From NCBI GenBank assembly GCA_043819795.1, contig JBDREN010000107.1, positions 1 to 40,935 of the forward strand: a stretch of 40,935 nt of DNA, read 5' to 3'. Shown one piece after another: positions 25,754 through 35,124 of this stretch. The number at the start of each line of letters is the position of its first letter. Positions within the stretch are counted from its first letter, which is position 1. The notes beneath the pieces are model-generated. The model saw only the letters and a program-made list of their open reading frames with translations. It was not told where the DNA came from and did no database searches. Source of the DNA: Elusimicrobiota bacterium (GTDB lineage: Bacteria > Elusimicrobiota > Elusimicrobia > UBA1565). The position numbers were made by a program, and so were the translations under genes.

Positions 25754-26809
25754 TCAACCTCCTGCACTGGCGGCCTCCTTGCCGAGCGCCTTGGCGCGGA
25801 GCTGCTTGACGGCGTTGTACATGTCCGGCAGCTTGGAGAGCAGGGCCTGCAGCTTCATCGCCTCGCGGTGCGGGCGCGACGGGGAGCCGAAGACGATGGC
25901 CTTCGGGGCGATGTCGCCCATCACGCCGGTCTGGGCCGTGACGATGGCCCCGTCGCCGATCGACAGGTGGCCGGCGATCCCGGCCTGGCCGGCGAGCACG
26001 ACCTGGTTGCCGACGTTCGTGGAGCCGGCCAGGCCGACCTGCGAGATGATCAGGCAGTTGCGGCCGGTGACGCAGTTGTGGCCGATCTGCACCAGGTTGT
26101 CGATCTTCGTGCCGGCGCCGACGCGGGTCTCGCCGGTGGTGGCCCGGTCGATCGTGACGTTGGCGCCCAGCTCCACGTCGTCCTCGATGACGACGCGGCC
26201 GACCTGGGCGACCTTCCGGTGCGTGCCCGTCTTCGGGTCGGTCCAGTATCCGTAGCCCTCGGCGCCGACGACGGTCCCGGGATGCACGATCACCCGGTCG
26301 CCCAGCTCGCAGTAATCGCCGATCACGACCTGGGGATGGAGCACGCAGCCCTTCCCGATGCGGGCGTTGTAGCCGATATGGCACTGCGCGGCGATCCTGG
26401 TGCCGTCGCCGACGAGCGTCCGGGCCCGGATGACGCTGAAGGGGCCGACGGCGACCTCCTTGCCGAGCCTGGCCTCGAAGTGGATGTCGGCCTTCGTGCT
26501 GAGCACCGAAGGCTCCGCTTTCCAGCGCTCCGCGTGGACCTTCTCCAGCACGTGGGCATAGGCCCAGCGAGGCTCGTCGGCGTAGAGCCTGTTTGCGGGG
26601 CCGCCCTCGGCCTTCTTCATCGAGGGCCGCACGAAGAGCGCGCCGGCCTTGCTGGCCGCGACCTGGGACGCGTACTTCGGGTTTTCGATGAAGGCGACGT
26701 CCGTCTCGGCGGCCTCGGCGAGCCCCGCGGCTCCCCGGATGACGTATTCCGGGTCCCCTTCCAGACGGGCTCCGGTGAGTTCCGCGATCTCGCGCAGTGT
26801 CATTTTCAT
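25754..26809 (-). CDS. lpxD: UDP-3-O-acylglucosamine N-acyltransferase
   Basis: Hexapeptide repeats, G.EGYGY, DDVELGANVTIDR and KIDNLVQIGHN. Confidence 0.95.
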   Translation of the reverse strand: MKMTLREIAELTGARLEGDPEYVIRGAAGLAEAAETDVAFIENPKYASQVAASKAGALFVRPSMKKAEGGPANRLYADEPRWAYAHVLEKVHAERWKAEPSVLSTKADIHFEARLGKEVAVGPFSVIRARTLVGDGTRIAAQCHIGYNARIGKGCVLHPQVVIGDYCELGDRVIVHPGTVVGAEGYGYWTDPKTGTHRKVAQVGRVVIEDDVELGANVTIDRATTGETRVGAGTKIDNLVQIGHNCVTGRNCLIISQVGLAGSTNVGNQVVLAGQAGIAGHLSIGDGAIVTAQTGVMGDIAPKAIVFGSPSRPHREAMKLQALLSKLPDMYNAVKQLRAKALGKEAASAGG

Positions 26810-27984
26810 AGCGATAGTCCCTCGAGCTTGTCGATGACCTTCTGGGTCAGGTCGACGGAGTCCTGTCCGAATAGGATCTGATTCTTGTCCACGACGACGC
26901 TCACGCCGTTCTCCCGGGCGACGTCGCGCAGCGCCTGGTATATTTTCCCCAGGAGGATCTCGGCGCGGCGGTCCTCGATCTCGATCAGGTTTTTCTCCAC
27001 CCCGAGCTGGTACTCCCGGAAAGCCGTCTCCTTCTCGGCGAGCAGGCCCCTCTTGGCGGCGATCTCCGCGTCCAGCCGGGCGAGCCGCTCCTCCGGCCCG
27101 ACGGGGGTCTCTTCCGCCGCGGCGGCCCCGCCCGCGGCCTCGGCGGGAGGAACCGGCTCCTGCGCCGGCGTCCCGGGCTCGGCGGTCGCCGGCTGCGGTC
27201 CCGCCGCCCGGGCCGCATCCGGATCCTTTCCCGACGACGGCTCGATCACGATGGGGTCATGGGTGACGCCGGGGATGTCGATGACGAGCGGCTCGGTGGA
27301 GCGGGCGACGGGCTCCTCGGAGGCCTGTCGAGGCCGGTCCTCCTCCGGGGGGGCGGCCGAGGTCTCAGGCGAGCCGCTCTCGGCCGGAGGAGACATCCCG
27401 GGAAGGTGGTCGAACTCGAAGAGGGGCGTCCGCTGGGACGTCGCGCCCTCAGCGAGCGGGCTTTCCGGGACGGCTCCGGCCTCTCCTCCGGCGGCGGCCA
27501 CGGCGGCCGTCGAGGCCGGGACGCCGCCTTCGTGCGCGGGCGCGGCGTCGGGAACTGGCGCGGAGGGCGTGGAGACCGAAACGGGTGCTTGCGACGGGGT
27601 TCCCGTTGAGAGAGAAGGTGTAAGCGGCTCCGGACCCGCCGGAGGCGAATCCGGAGCCGCTGGAATCGGGCTCTTGGAGAGGATGTCCCGCTCCAGCTTG
27701 ATCTTCGCGATCTCGGCGCGCAGGGCCATGAGCTCGGCCTTCTTTAAGTTCACCTGCTCCTCGGCCTGGCGCACGATCTCGCCGTAGCTCTGCTTCGCCT
27801 TGTGCGTCTGGGGGAACAGGCGGAAGACCTTCTGGATGTCCACGTAGCCGATATTGCCCCGCTCGGCCCGGTTCTGCTCAAGGCTGATTTCCAGGGCCTC
27901 GGGCGGGCGCGCGCCCGAGCCGACGGCGAGCGCCGCGACGACGACCGGCAGGATCCTTCCCGTCTTGCGGATGGCGTTTTTCAT
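26806..27984 (-). CDS. skp: OmpH/Skp-family chaperone with a long Pro/Ala/Glu-rich insertion
   Basis: Signal peptide, IGYVDIQKVF near the N-terminus, and VARENGVSVVVDK..ILFG..DLT.KVI.KL at the C-terminus. Lies between bamA and lpxD. Confidence 0.8.
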   Translation of the reverse strand: MKNAIRKTGRILPVVVAALAVGSGARPPEALEISLEQNRAERGNIGYVDIQKVFRLFPQTHKAKQSYGEIVRQAEEQVNLKKAELMALRAEIAKIKLERDILSKSPIPAAPDSPPAGPEPLTPSLSTGTPSQAPVSVSTPSAPVPDAAPAHEGGVPASTAAVAAAGGEAGAVPESPLAEGATSQRTPLFEFDHLPGMSPPAESGSPETSAAPPEEDRPRQASEEPVARSTEPLVIDIPGVTHDPIVIEPSSGKDPDAARAAGPQPATAEPGTPAQEPVPPAEAAGGAAAAEETPVGPEERLARLDAEIAAKRGLLAEKETAFREYQLGVEKNLIEIEDRRAEILLGKIYQALRDVARENGVSVVVDKNQILFGQDSVDLTQKVIDKLEGLSL

Positions 27985-27987
27985 CGG

Positions 27988-30813
27988 TTAGAAGAGGTTC
28001 CCGATTCCGAAGTTGATCTGGTAGTTGGACTCGCCCGGCCGGTGCTGGAAGCCGTAGCCCCAGTCCAGGCGGATCGGAAACGCCGGCGTCACGAACCGGA
28101 TGCCGAAGCCGACGTCCGTCTTGATGTCGCGCTGGTCCTGCCCGACGCGCAGGCGCATGGAGCGCGTGCTGTCCCAGCTGCCCCCGGCGTCGAAGAACGT
28201 CACGAACTTCACGATCGTGCGCCGGCGTTCCCGCGCCAGCGGGAAGCCGAACTCTATGTTCGCGACGTCGTAGATCTTGCCCCCGTCCCGGTAGCCGGCC
28301 TCGCCGGCCGCGGAGTAGCCTCGCAGCGTGTCCTGGCCGCCGATGAAGAAGCGTTCGTAGACCGGGACCTCTCTGGTCTCCGAGAACTGCGTGACGTAGC
28401 TGGCCCGGTTCGCCAGGGTCATGACGAGGGGGTAGCCGCCGACGCTGAACAGGGTCTTGTGGTACGAGCTCGAGACGAACGGCTTGAGGATGTTGATGTC
28501 GCCGAAGAGGGGGCCGCCGGACAGGGCCGCCCCGATCGAGTTGCGCGTCCCCTTCGTGGGATCCCAGATGTTGTCCCGGGTGTCGCGCGCGCCCTCGACG
28601 CTGATCGAGGACTGGACGCTCGTCCCCTCGGAGAGCGTGTCCAGGAACTCGGGGTCCACGTTGCTGATCGTGATGTTCTGGAACGAATAGCGGAACGAGA
28701 GCTGGTATTTGTCGTCCTGGAACCGGGGGCCCACGTGGACCGAGCCGCCCGTGCGCTTGTTGACGAACGCCGAGCTGGAGCCCTCGAACTGGCTGATGCG
28801 GCGCGTGTTGAATACGTCGAAGCCCAGGCTGATCGGCTTGTTGCGGACCCAGGGAGTGGTCCAGGAAAGCGAGTAGTCGTTGACGCGGGCGCCGAACGAC
28901 CACGACGCCTTGGTGCGCCAGGCGCGGCCGAAGAGGTTGAGGTGCTGCAGCGACAGCGTCCCGAGCATGCCGTCGAGCGAGGAGAAGCCGGCCCCGGCCG
29001 TCAGCATGCCGGGCTTCCCCTCGAAGACCTCGAAGGTGAGGTCCACCTTGTCGGGGTCGTAGGGGCTCTGGACGTCGAGCTGCACGTCGTCGATGAAGCC
29101 GAGGTTGATGATCCGCTCCTGGCTCTTGCGGATCTTGGACATCTGGAACGGCATCCCGGGCTTGATGACGAGCTCGCGCTTGAATACGTAGCCCTTGGTC
29201 GCCTTGTAGCCCTCCACGTCGACGTGGTCCACGTAGACGATCGGGCCCTCCGCGATCTCGAAGTGGACGTCCATGAGGCCGTCCTTGGGGTTGAAGGTGC
29301 GCGTCGGGACCACCTGGGCCCGCAGGCGCCCTTTCTCGGCGTAGAGCTCCTGGATGCCCCGGATCGAGAGATCGAAGCGCTCCTGGCTGAAGAGCTTCTT
29401 GCGGCGGTAGTCGAGGGCCTTGGCCAGGTCCGTGGAGGCGTAGATCGCATGTCCGCCGAAGGTCGTATCGCCGAAGCGGTACTGGCGTCCCTCGTCTACG
29501 GCGACGTGGACGAATATCCGCGTGGAGTCCTCGTTGAAGGAGACGCTCGACGACAGGACCCGGAAGTCCAGGTATCCGCGGTTCTTGTAGTACTCCTCGA
29601 CCTTCTTCAAGTCCTCCGGAAGCTCCTTGGGCGCGTAGACCTTCCGGCGCCGGTTCTTCATCTTCTTGGCGAGCTTCTTCGGCTTGAAGCCGGAGACGCC
29701 CGTGAAGCGCACCGCGCCGATCTTGGCCTTCGGGCCCTCCTCGATCCGGAACACGACGTCCGCCTTCAGGGTCGCCGTGTCGATCCGCACGTCGGACTCG
29801 ATCCGCGCGCGGTGGAATCCCTTCTTGCGGTAGGCCTCGAGGACCTTCTCCGTGTCCGAGCGCAGCTTGACGCGGTCGAAGGGGTCCTTCTTCTCGAGCT
29901 CGATCGCCTCGTAGAGCCGGCCCTTCGACATCTCCTTGCGCCCGGCGAACTCGATCTTGCGCACGAGCGGCTTTTCCTCGATGAGGAAGGCGAGGCGGAT
30001 CGGATGGGGGGAGGGGGAAGCCGACTCGAAGTGGGGCGGCACCCGCCGGTCCCGCAGAACCGTGATGTCGGCCGCGACGCGATCGAAGCTGCCCAGGCTC
30101 AGGACCGCCTGGATGTCCCGGTCGAGCTCGGCGCGCTCATAAAGGTCCCCCTTCCGAGCCTTGATCTGGCTCCGGATCGTGTTGCGTTTGACGTTCCGGT
30201 TCCCCTCGATGTCGAGTTCTCCGATCACCCAGGGGGACCGCGGGATCTCGTCGGGTTCGGCCGCCCCCAGTATCCGCGCGGCCTCTTCGAGCCCGGGCTT
30301 GGGCCGCGGCCGGTCGGCCTCCGGCGCCCGGTACGCGGGCTCGCGCGCGCCTTCCGTCAGCTGTATGTCGAGGCGTACGGCCGAGCTGGAAAGAGCGACC
30401 TCGCGCACGGAAACGGCCGTGAACAGGCCGGAGCCGAGCAGGGCCGCGATGTCGCGCGACTTGGCGTCCGCCGGATAAGGGGCCCACTCCCGGGCCTCGA
30501 TCATCTCGCGCACCCGGGTCGCGGGCGTCCGCTCGAGTCCGAGGACCTGGATCTGTGCGAGGACGGGGCTCGACGCGGACATCGTCGAGACCATCGGCAC
30601 GGCATCACGCCCCCGAACGGAGGCATCCACCCGTGGGGGGGACGCCGGCACGGCCTCGCCCCCCGGAACGGAGGCATCCCCCCGTGGGGGGGACGCCGGA
30701 TTATCTCCTGCGGAAACGGGCATGGCGGTCTGATTGTTGTCGGTTTGGCAATACCCAGCGGGAGTAATGGCCGGAAAAATAAGGAGAAATGCGAGGAGTT
30801 GGGGCCAAGTCAC
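27988..30813 (-). CDS. bamA: Outer membrane protein assembly factor BamA
   Basis: Likely GTG start at 30813 with a signal peptide (VTWPQLLAFLLIF). POTRA repeats, barrel with NLFG and ERFFIGG..TLRGY, terminal Phe. Confidence 0.93.
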   Translation of the reverse strand: MTWPQLLAFLLIFPAITPAGYCQTDNNQTAMPVSAGDNPASPPRGDASVPGGEAVPASPPRVDASVRGRDAVPMVSTMSASSPVLAQIQVLGLERTPATRVREMIEAREWAPYPADAKSRDIAALLGSGLFTAVSVREVALSSSAVRLDIQLTEGAREPAYRAPEADRPRPKPGLEEAARILGAAEPDEIPRSPWVIGELDIEGNRNVKRNTIRSQIKARKGDLYERAELDRDIQAVLSLGSFDRVAADITVLRDRRVPPHFESASPSPHPIRLAFLIEEKPLVRKIEFAGRKEMSKGRLYEAIELEKKDPFDRVKLRSDTEKVLEAYRKKGFHRARIESDVRIDTATLKADVVFRIEEGPKAKIGAVRFTGVSGFKPKKLAKKMKNRRRKVYAPKELPEDLKKVEEYYKNRGYLDFRVLSSSVSFNEDSTRIFVHVAVDEGRQYRFGDTTFGGHAIYASTDLAKALDYRRKKLFSQERFDLSIRGIQELYAEKGRLRAQVVPTRTFNPKDGLMDVHFEIAEGPIVYVDHVDVEGYKATKGYVFKRELVIKPGMPFQMSKIRKSQERIINLGFIDDVQLDVQSPYDPDKVDLTFEVFEGKPGMLTAGAGFSSLDGMLGTLSLQHLNLFGRAWRTKASWSFGARVNDYSLSWTTPWVRNKPISLGFDVFNTRRISQFEGSSSAFVNKRTGGSVHVGPRFQDDKYQLSFRYSFQNITISNVDPEFLDTLSEGTSVQSSISVEGARDTRDNIWDPTKGTRNSIGAALSGGPLFGDINILKPFVSSSYHKTLFSVGGYPLVMTLANRASYVTQFSETREVPVYERFFIGGQDTLRGYSAAGEAGYRDGGKIYDVANIEFGFPLARERRRTIVKFVTFFDAGGSWDSTRSMRLRVGQDQRDIKTDVGFGIRFVTPAFPIRLDWGYGFQHRPGESNYQINFGIGNLF
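30611..30699. repeat. Two palindromic repeats at a 51-bp period inside the bamA 5' region
   Basis: AACGGAGGCATCC(A/C)CCCGTGGGGGGGACGCCGG at 30616 and 30667, encoding PASPPR(G/V)DASV. Confidence 0.8.
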
Positions 30814-30937
30814 GCCGGAATCCAGTATACCAAATCGGGTCCGTCCGGGCAATCGGCGCCGCGGGCGGGCAGGAACGCGCGCGGGCGCACGTAAATTATA
30901 TAAAGAACCGGGCACAAGAACTGCCGGCGCGCGTATC

Positions 30938-31471
30938 TCAGGAGGCGTGCCGGAACGGGTTCGGGTAGCTGATCTTGCCCTTGACCGCTCCGAAAAACTT
31001 GCCGCTGAGGTCGAAGGCTTGGAAGTCCGCGTCGCCCGCGGGGAAGGCCGGCTCCAGGCCCAGCGGGCGCGCCGGCTGGAAGCCGAAGCGGGAGAAATAC
31101 CGGGGCGGGCCGACAACGAAGACGAGGTCGAAGCCGACGAAGCGGCAGCGCTCCAGCCCGTGGCGCACGAGCCGCTCGCCCACCCCCTGCCGCTGGAACT
31201 GCGGACGGACCGCGATCGGCGCGAGGCCGGCGGTCTGGGGCGGATGCGTCCCGGCTTGGGCATCGGCGGCGATCGACGCCTGGAAGAACATGGCGTAGCC
31301 GAGGATTTCTCCGCCTCTGTCCGCCACGAGCGAGAGCTCCGGGTTGAACTCCGCCGTCTGGCGCAGCGCGTCCGCCAGCTGGGCCTCCGTCTCACGCCCG
31401 AAGGTCTGGCGAAGGATCTCCTGGCTGATCGCGCGTTCCGGCGGGTTCTCGCGGCGGATGATGATGTTCAT
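30938..31471 (-). CDS. GNAT N-acetyltransferase (YhbS-like)
   Basis: IIRRE, EAQL..ALR, LSLVA, LAPIAVRPQFQRQGVG and VVG.P.YFSRFGF motifs. Confidence 0.88.
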   Translation of the reverse strand: MNIIIRRENPPERAISQEILRQTFGRETEAQLADALRQTAEFNPELSLVADRGGEILGYAMFFQASIAADAQAGTHPPQTAGLAPIAVRPQFQRQGVGERLVRHGLERCRFVGFDLVFVVGPPRYFSRFGFQPARPLGLEPAFPAGDADFQAFDLSGKFFGAVKGKISYPNPFRHAS

Positions 31472-31511
31472 GGCTGGTGGATGATTCTACAAAACCTGGA
31501 CTGGCGCTGTC

Positions 31512-32747
31512 TCACGCGCGCGCGCGAGAACGCAGATAGACGAAGACCAGAAGAAACAGGGGCGAGCCCACGCCGGCGGCCCACAAGAAAAGGTCGATGC
31601 GGCCGATCGCCGCCAGCAGCACGAGCAGGTAGATGAAATCCCGCTGGGCGAGCGTGTCCTCGATGGAGGCCAGCGTCCGCTTCAGCCGGCTTCCCGCCGA
31701 TGCCGGGTCCTGAGCGTCCGTCTCGTCGGCCGCGTCGGCTATCCCGTCGAAGAACGGCGTTCCCTCCCGCGCGCGGGCGGCTTTGCGCAGCATGTGCTGG
31801 AATACGAGCGCGGCCGATGCGGCGGCGCTGAGGGCGGCGGCCAGGCCGAGGGCGAGCAGGACCGGCTCGCCGGTCACGGAGAAGCGTCCGATCCCGAGCG
31901 AGGCGAACAGGGCGAAGTGGACCAGGTTGTCGCCCCAGAAATCGATGAGCCCGCCGAGGCGGCTTTCCTGGAAGCGGAGGCGCGCCAGCTCCCCGTCGCA
32001 GCCGTCGAGGGTCGAGTGCAGCCATACGATGAGGGCCCCGGCCAGCGTGAAGCCGTAAGTGCCCCCGAGCATGAGAATCCCTCCGGCGAGTCCGATCAGC
32101 GAGCTGAAGACCGTCATGTGGTTGGGGCGGACCGGGCTGTTGAGGAGCCGCCGCGTGACCGCCAGCGAGATGCGCCTATCGAAGTGCCGGGCCATGAAGC
32201 CGTCGGCGTCCTTGACGGCCTCCCGCAGCAGCCACGGTAGGGCCGGGCCCTTGTCGGCCGGCGTCTGCAGGAGGGCGCAGGAGTCGGGGGGCATCGCGCG
32301 CTTCTCGTACTCGATCCGGTCCTCGTGCCGGACCGGGACCACCTGGACGACGCCGCGCCGCTGCGCGTCCTGATAGGACGTGGGCCGGTCGTGGCGGCGG
32401 GAGAGGATCTCTCGGAGGGCGCCGAGGCGGATGGCGTAATCGCCCGAGACGCCGATATATGGGGGCGCGTAGGCGGCCGCGGCCCCGGAGGAGCCGGAGA
32501 CCGTCCCCCACAGCCCATCGAGGCCGTCGGGCCAGCGCAGCCGGGCCAGGCTCGCGGGCTCCGGCTTGTGAGCGACGATCCAGACGCGGCGCATGCCGGC
32601 CCGGGAGAGAGTGAAGAGCTGGCGCTCCAGGATCGTCAACCCGGCGAAGCGCTCGAGCATCATCGCGGGATGGGAGACATTGAGGACCGCGGCGGTGATT
32701 CCGGGAGCCTTGGCCCCGGCGGCGGACGCGGCCCGCGGCGCCTTCAT
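31512..32747 (-). CDS. CDP-alcohol phosphatidyltransferase with a degenerate N-terminal nucleotidyltransferase-like region
   Basis: PNHMT and LDGCDGELARLR..S..G..ID...D signature. N-terminal AGLTILERQL..L.RAG resembles IPCT/DIPPS-type fusions. Confidence 0.87.
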   Translation of the reverse strand: MKAPRAASAAGAKAPGITAAVLNVSHPAMMLERFAGLTILERQLFTLSRAGMRRVWIVAHKPEPASLARLRWPDGLDGLWGTVSGSSGAAAAYAPPYIGVSGDYAIRLGALREILSRRHDRPTSYQDAQRRGVVQVVPVRHEDRIEYEKRAMPPDSCALLQTPADKGPALPWLLREAVKDADGFMARHFDRRISLAVTRRLLNSPVRPNHMTVFSSLIGLAGGILMLGGTYGFTLAGALIVWLHSTLDGCDGELARLRFQESRLGGLIDFWGDNLVHFALFASLGIGRFSVTGEPVLLALGLAAALSAAASAALVFQHMLRKAARAREGTPFFDGIADAADETDAQDPASAGSRLKRTLASIEDTLAQRDFIYLLVLLAAIGRIDLFLWAAGVGSPLFLLVFVYLRSRARA

Positions 32748-33787
32748 CGCTTCCGGCCTCGCCCGCGAGACCGCGAGTCCGTCTTCGCTCCCGCGCGTCT
32801 CCGGCGATACAGCCTGTCGAGGAGCCAGCGGCATTGGCGCGCCTCTTCCAGGGCCGCGGCGCCCGGGCCGCGGGACGGCCTTCGGACGGCGGCCAGGAAA
32901 TCGCCGAGCATGGCGTGGAGCCATTCGGGATGCGCCGATCCGTGGGAGAGGGGCTCCGGGAAGGCGAAGACCTGCGGGGACCGTGTCCCTCGCGCGAGCA
33001 GCAGGCGGTCGTCGAATATCTCGATGCGTCCCTCCGGCCCGTGGAGGACGCCCCAGTGGCCGCGTCGGGGGGCGTTCCAGCTCAGGTGGATGAGCGCGCT
33101 TGTCCGCGGGTACTCGATTAGGCAGGTGGCCTCCGTCTCGGTGTCGCCTCCGGGAGGGGATTTTAGGATGCCGGAGACGGAAAGGGGAGCCCGGCCGACT
33201 AGCCACCCGGCGAGGTAGAAGGCGTGCCATCCGTGGTCCATGAGGATCCCGCCGCCCGACAGCTCGCGGCTCGTCCTCCAGTTGCCGTCCGCCGCGGGGG
33301 TCCCGGCCACGGCGGCCGGGCGGGTGCGCAGGACGTGCCATTCGAGGTGGCGGACGGGCCCGATTTCGCCGGCGGCGACCAACGCGCGGAGTTTTTGGAG
33401 GATCGGGGCGTACTTCCAGTTGTGGATCGGGAAGAGCGCGCGGCCGCGCTTGCGCGCCAGGCGGCTCACGCCCTCGAACTCACGCATCGTGAAGGTGAGC
33501 GGCTTCTCGCAGAGCACGTGGCAGCCGCGTTCGAGGCCGGCCGCGATATCGCGCGCGTGCGCGTAGGGCGGCGTGGCGACGTCGACGAAGTCGAGGCCCT
33601 TCTCCGCGTCATAGAGGGCTTCGGCGCTGGGGTAGGCGCGCAAGCCCTCTATCTCCCGCTCGGCCGCGGCCCGGCGCTCGGCGCTCGGGTCGGCGGCGGC
33701 GACGATCGCGAGGCCGGGGACCCGCTTGAACGCGGGGGCGTGCGCGTTCTGGGCCACCTGGCCGAAGCCTATGAGCGCCCCCCGCAT
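32744..33787 (-). CDS. Gfo/Idh/MocA family oxidoreductase (inositol dehydrogenase-like)
   Basis: IGFG.VA..AH, HVLCEKP and SGGGILMDHGWH motifs. Confidence 0.88.
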   Translation of the reverse strand: MRGALIGFGQVAQNAHAPAFKRVPGLAIVAAADPSAERRAAAEREIEGLRAYPSAEALYDAEKGLDFVDVATPPYAHARDIAAGLERGCHVLCEKPLTFTMREFEGVSRLARKRGRALFPIHNWKYAPILQKLRALVAAGEIGPVRHLEWHVLRTRPAAVAGTPAADGNWRTSRELSGGGILMDHGWHAFYLAGWLVGRAPLSVSGILKSPPGGDTETEATCLIEYPRTSALIHLSWNAPRRGHWGVLHGPEGRIEIFDDRLLLARGTRSPQVFAFPEPLSHGSAHPEWLHAMLGDFLAAVRRPSRGPGAAALEEARQCRWLLDRLYRRRRAGAKTDSRSRGRGRKR

Positions 33788-33789
33788 CG

Positions 33790-35124
33790 TCAAAGCCGCT
33801 TCGAGACCGCCTCGAAGGTCTCCTCGAGCAGGTCGAGCCCGCGGTCGGCCTGCTCCGCGGTGATGTTCAGCGGCGGGTTGATGCGGATAACGGGCGAGTA
33901 CGCCATCGTCAGCAGCCCGCGCCGCAGGGCCTCCTCGAAGATCAACCGGCAGGAGGGCTTGGGCAAAAGCTCCTTCGTCTTCCGGTCCTTGACGAGCTCG
34001 ACGCCTATCAGCAGCCCCCGTCCGCGGACGTCCCCGATGAACGGGAAGCGCTCCCGCGTCTTCTTCAGGCGGCGCAGCATGGCTTCCCCGACCGCGCGGC
34101 TGTTCTCGACGAGATTCTCCTCCTCGAGGATGCGCAGCGTCGCGTTGAGCGCGGCCGAGGCCAGGGGATTGCCGCCGTAGCTCGACGAGGAGCCCGAGGG
34201 ATCCGCGAAGGGCTTGGCCGAGGCGGTATCGGCCGAGGTGATGATCCCAGTGACCGGGAACCCGCCCGCGATCCCCTTGCCTACGGTCAGGATGTCGGGA
34301 ATGACGTCGTCGTGCTGGCAGCCGAACCAGCGGCCGGTCCTGCCGAAGCCGGTGATCATCTCGTCGGCGATAAAAAGCCCCCCGTTCTCGTGCGCGATCT
34401 CCGCGCAGCCGGCGAGGAAGCCGCGCGGCGGGATGACGTTGCCGGCGGTCCCCTGGATAGGCTCGGCGACGATCGCCGCGAGCGCGCCCGTCGTCGAGCG
34501 CCGTATCATCGTGCGCAGGAACTCCAGGCAGTGGGCGGCGCAGTCGTGCTCCCCGCGCGTCCCGAACGGGCAGCGGTAGGGGTTCGGGAAGGGGGCGAGA
34601 TAGGTCCCCGGCATCATGGGCCCCAGCTGCTGCTTGAAGCCGTCGCCGAGCAGGCCGAGGACGCCGCCGGTCTTGCCGTGGAAGCCGCCCCAGAAGCCGA
34701 TGAACTCGAAGCCCTTGGTGCGGCTCTTCGCCAGGCGGAAGGCCGCCTCGACGGCCTCGGCTCCGCTCGAGTAGAGCTGGACGCGGTCGAGCCCCTCCGG
34801 CGTGAGCTTCATCAGGCGGCGGCAGAACTCGACGCGGTTGCGCGTCGTGAAGCTGCCGACCGTGATGTTCGCGGCCTGCTCCGCGAGGGCGCGCGCGTAC
34901 TCCGGGTGGCCGTGGCCGATCGAGGCCACGCACACCCCCGCGATGAAGTCGATGTACTCTTTACCGTCCACGTCGGTCAGCGTCGCGCCGCGGCCCTTCG
35001 CCATCGCGAGCTGGGAGAAGACGGCGATCTGCTGGAGCCCCGGGGTGAGGTATCCCTGTTCCTCTCCGAAGAGTTCGAGGGATCTGGGTCCGGCAAGGGG
35101 GGTGGATCCGGTCGCGGTATTCAT
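33790..35124 (-). CDS. Class III PLP-dependent aminotransferase
   Basis: DVDGKEYIDF, SGAEAVEAA, FHGKT, EPIQG..G, FIADEMITGFGRTG and PDILTVGKGI.GG. Confidence 0.92.
   Translation of the reverse strand: MNTATGSTPLAGPRSLELFGEEQGYLTPGLQQIAVFSQLAMAKGRGATLTDVDGKEYIDFIAGVCVASIGHGHPEYARALAEQAANITVGSFTTRNRVEFCRRLMKLTPEGLDRVQLYSSGAEAVEAAFRLAKSRTKGFEFIGFWGGFHGKTGGVLGLLGDGFKQQLGPMMPGTYLAPFPNPYRCPFGTRGEHDCAAHCLEFLRTMIRRSTTGALAAIVAEPIQGTAGNVIPPRGFLAGCAEIAHENGGLFIADEMITGFGRTGRWFGCQHDDVIPDILTVGKGIAGGFPVTGIITSADTASAKPFADPSGSSSSYGGNPLASAALNATLRILEEENLVENSRAVGEAMLRRLKKTRERFPFIGDVRGRGLLIGVELVKDRKTKELLPKPSCRLIFEEALRRGLLTMAYSPVIRINPPLNITAEQADRGLDLLEETFEAVSKRL

Noticed and set aside
27802..30894. 1030-aa plus-strand ORF, and similar long ORFs such as 13143..15812(-), 18716..20668(+) and 345..1877(-)
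   Set aside because: Antisense shadows of well-supported genes, expected in high-GC DNA, with no recognisable motifs.
33790..35124. Aminotransferase as the missing GnnB, or as ArgD/GabT
   Set aside because: GnnB is DegT/DnrJ-type whereas this enzyme is class III. The operon context does not support a specific housekeeping assignment, so no symbol is given.
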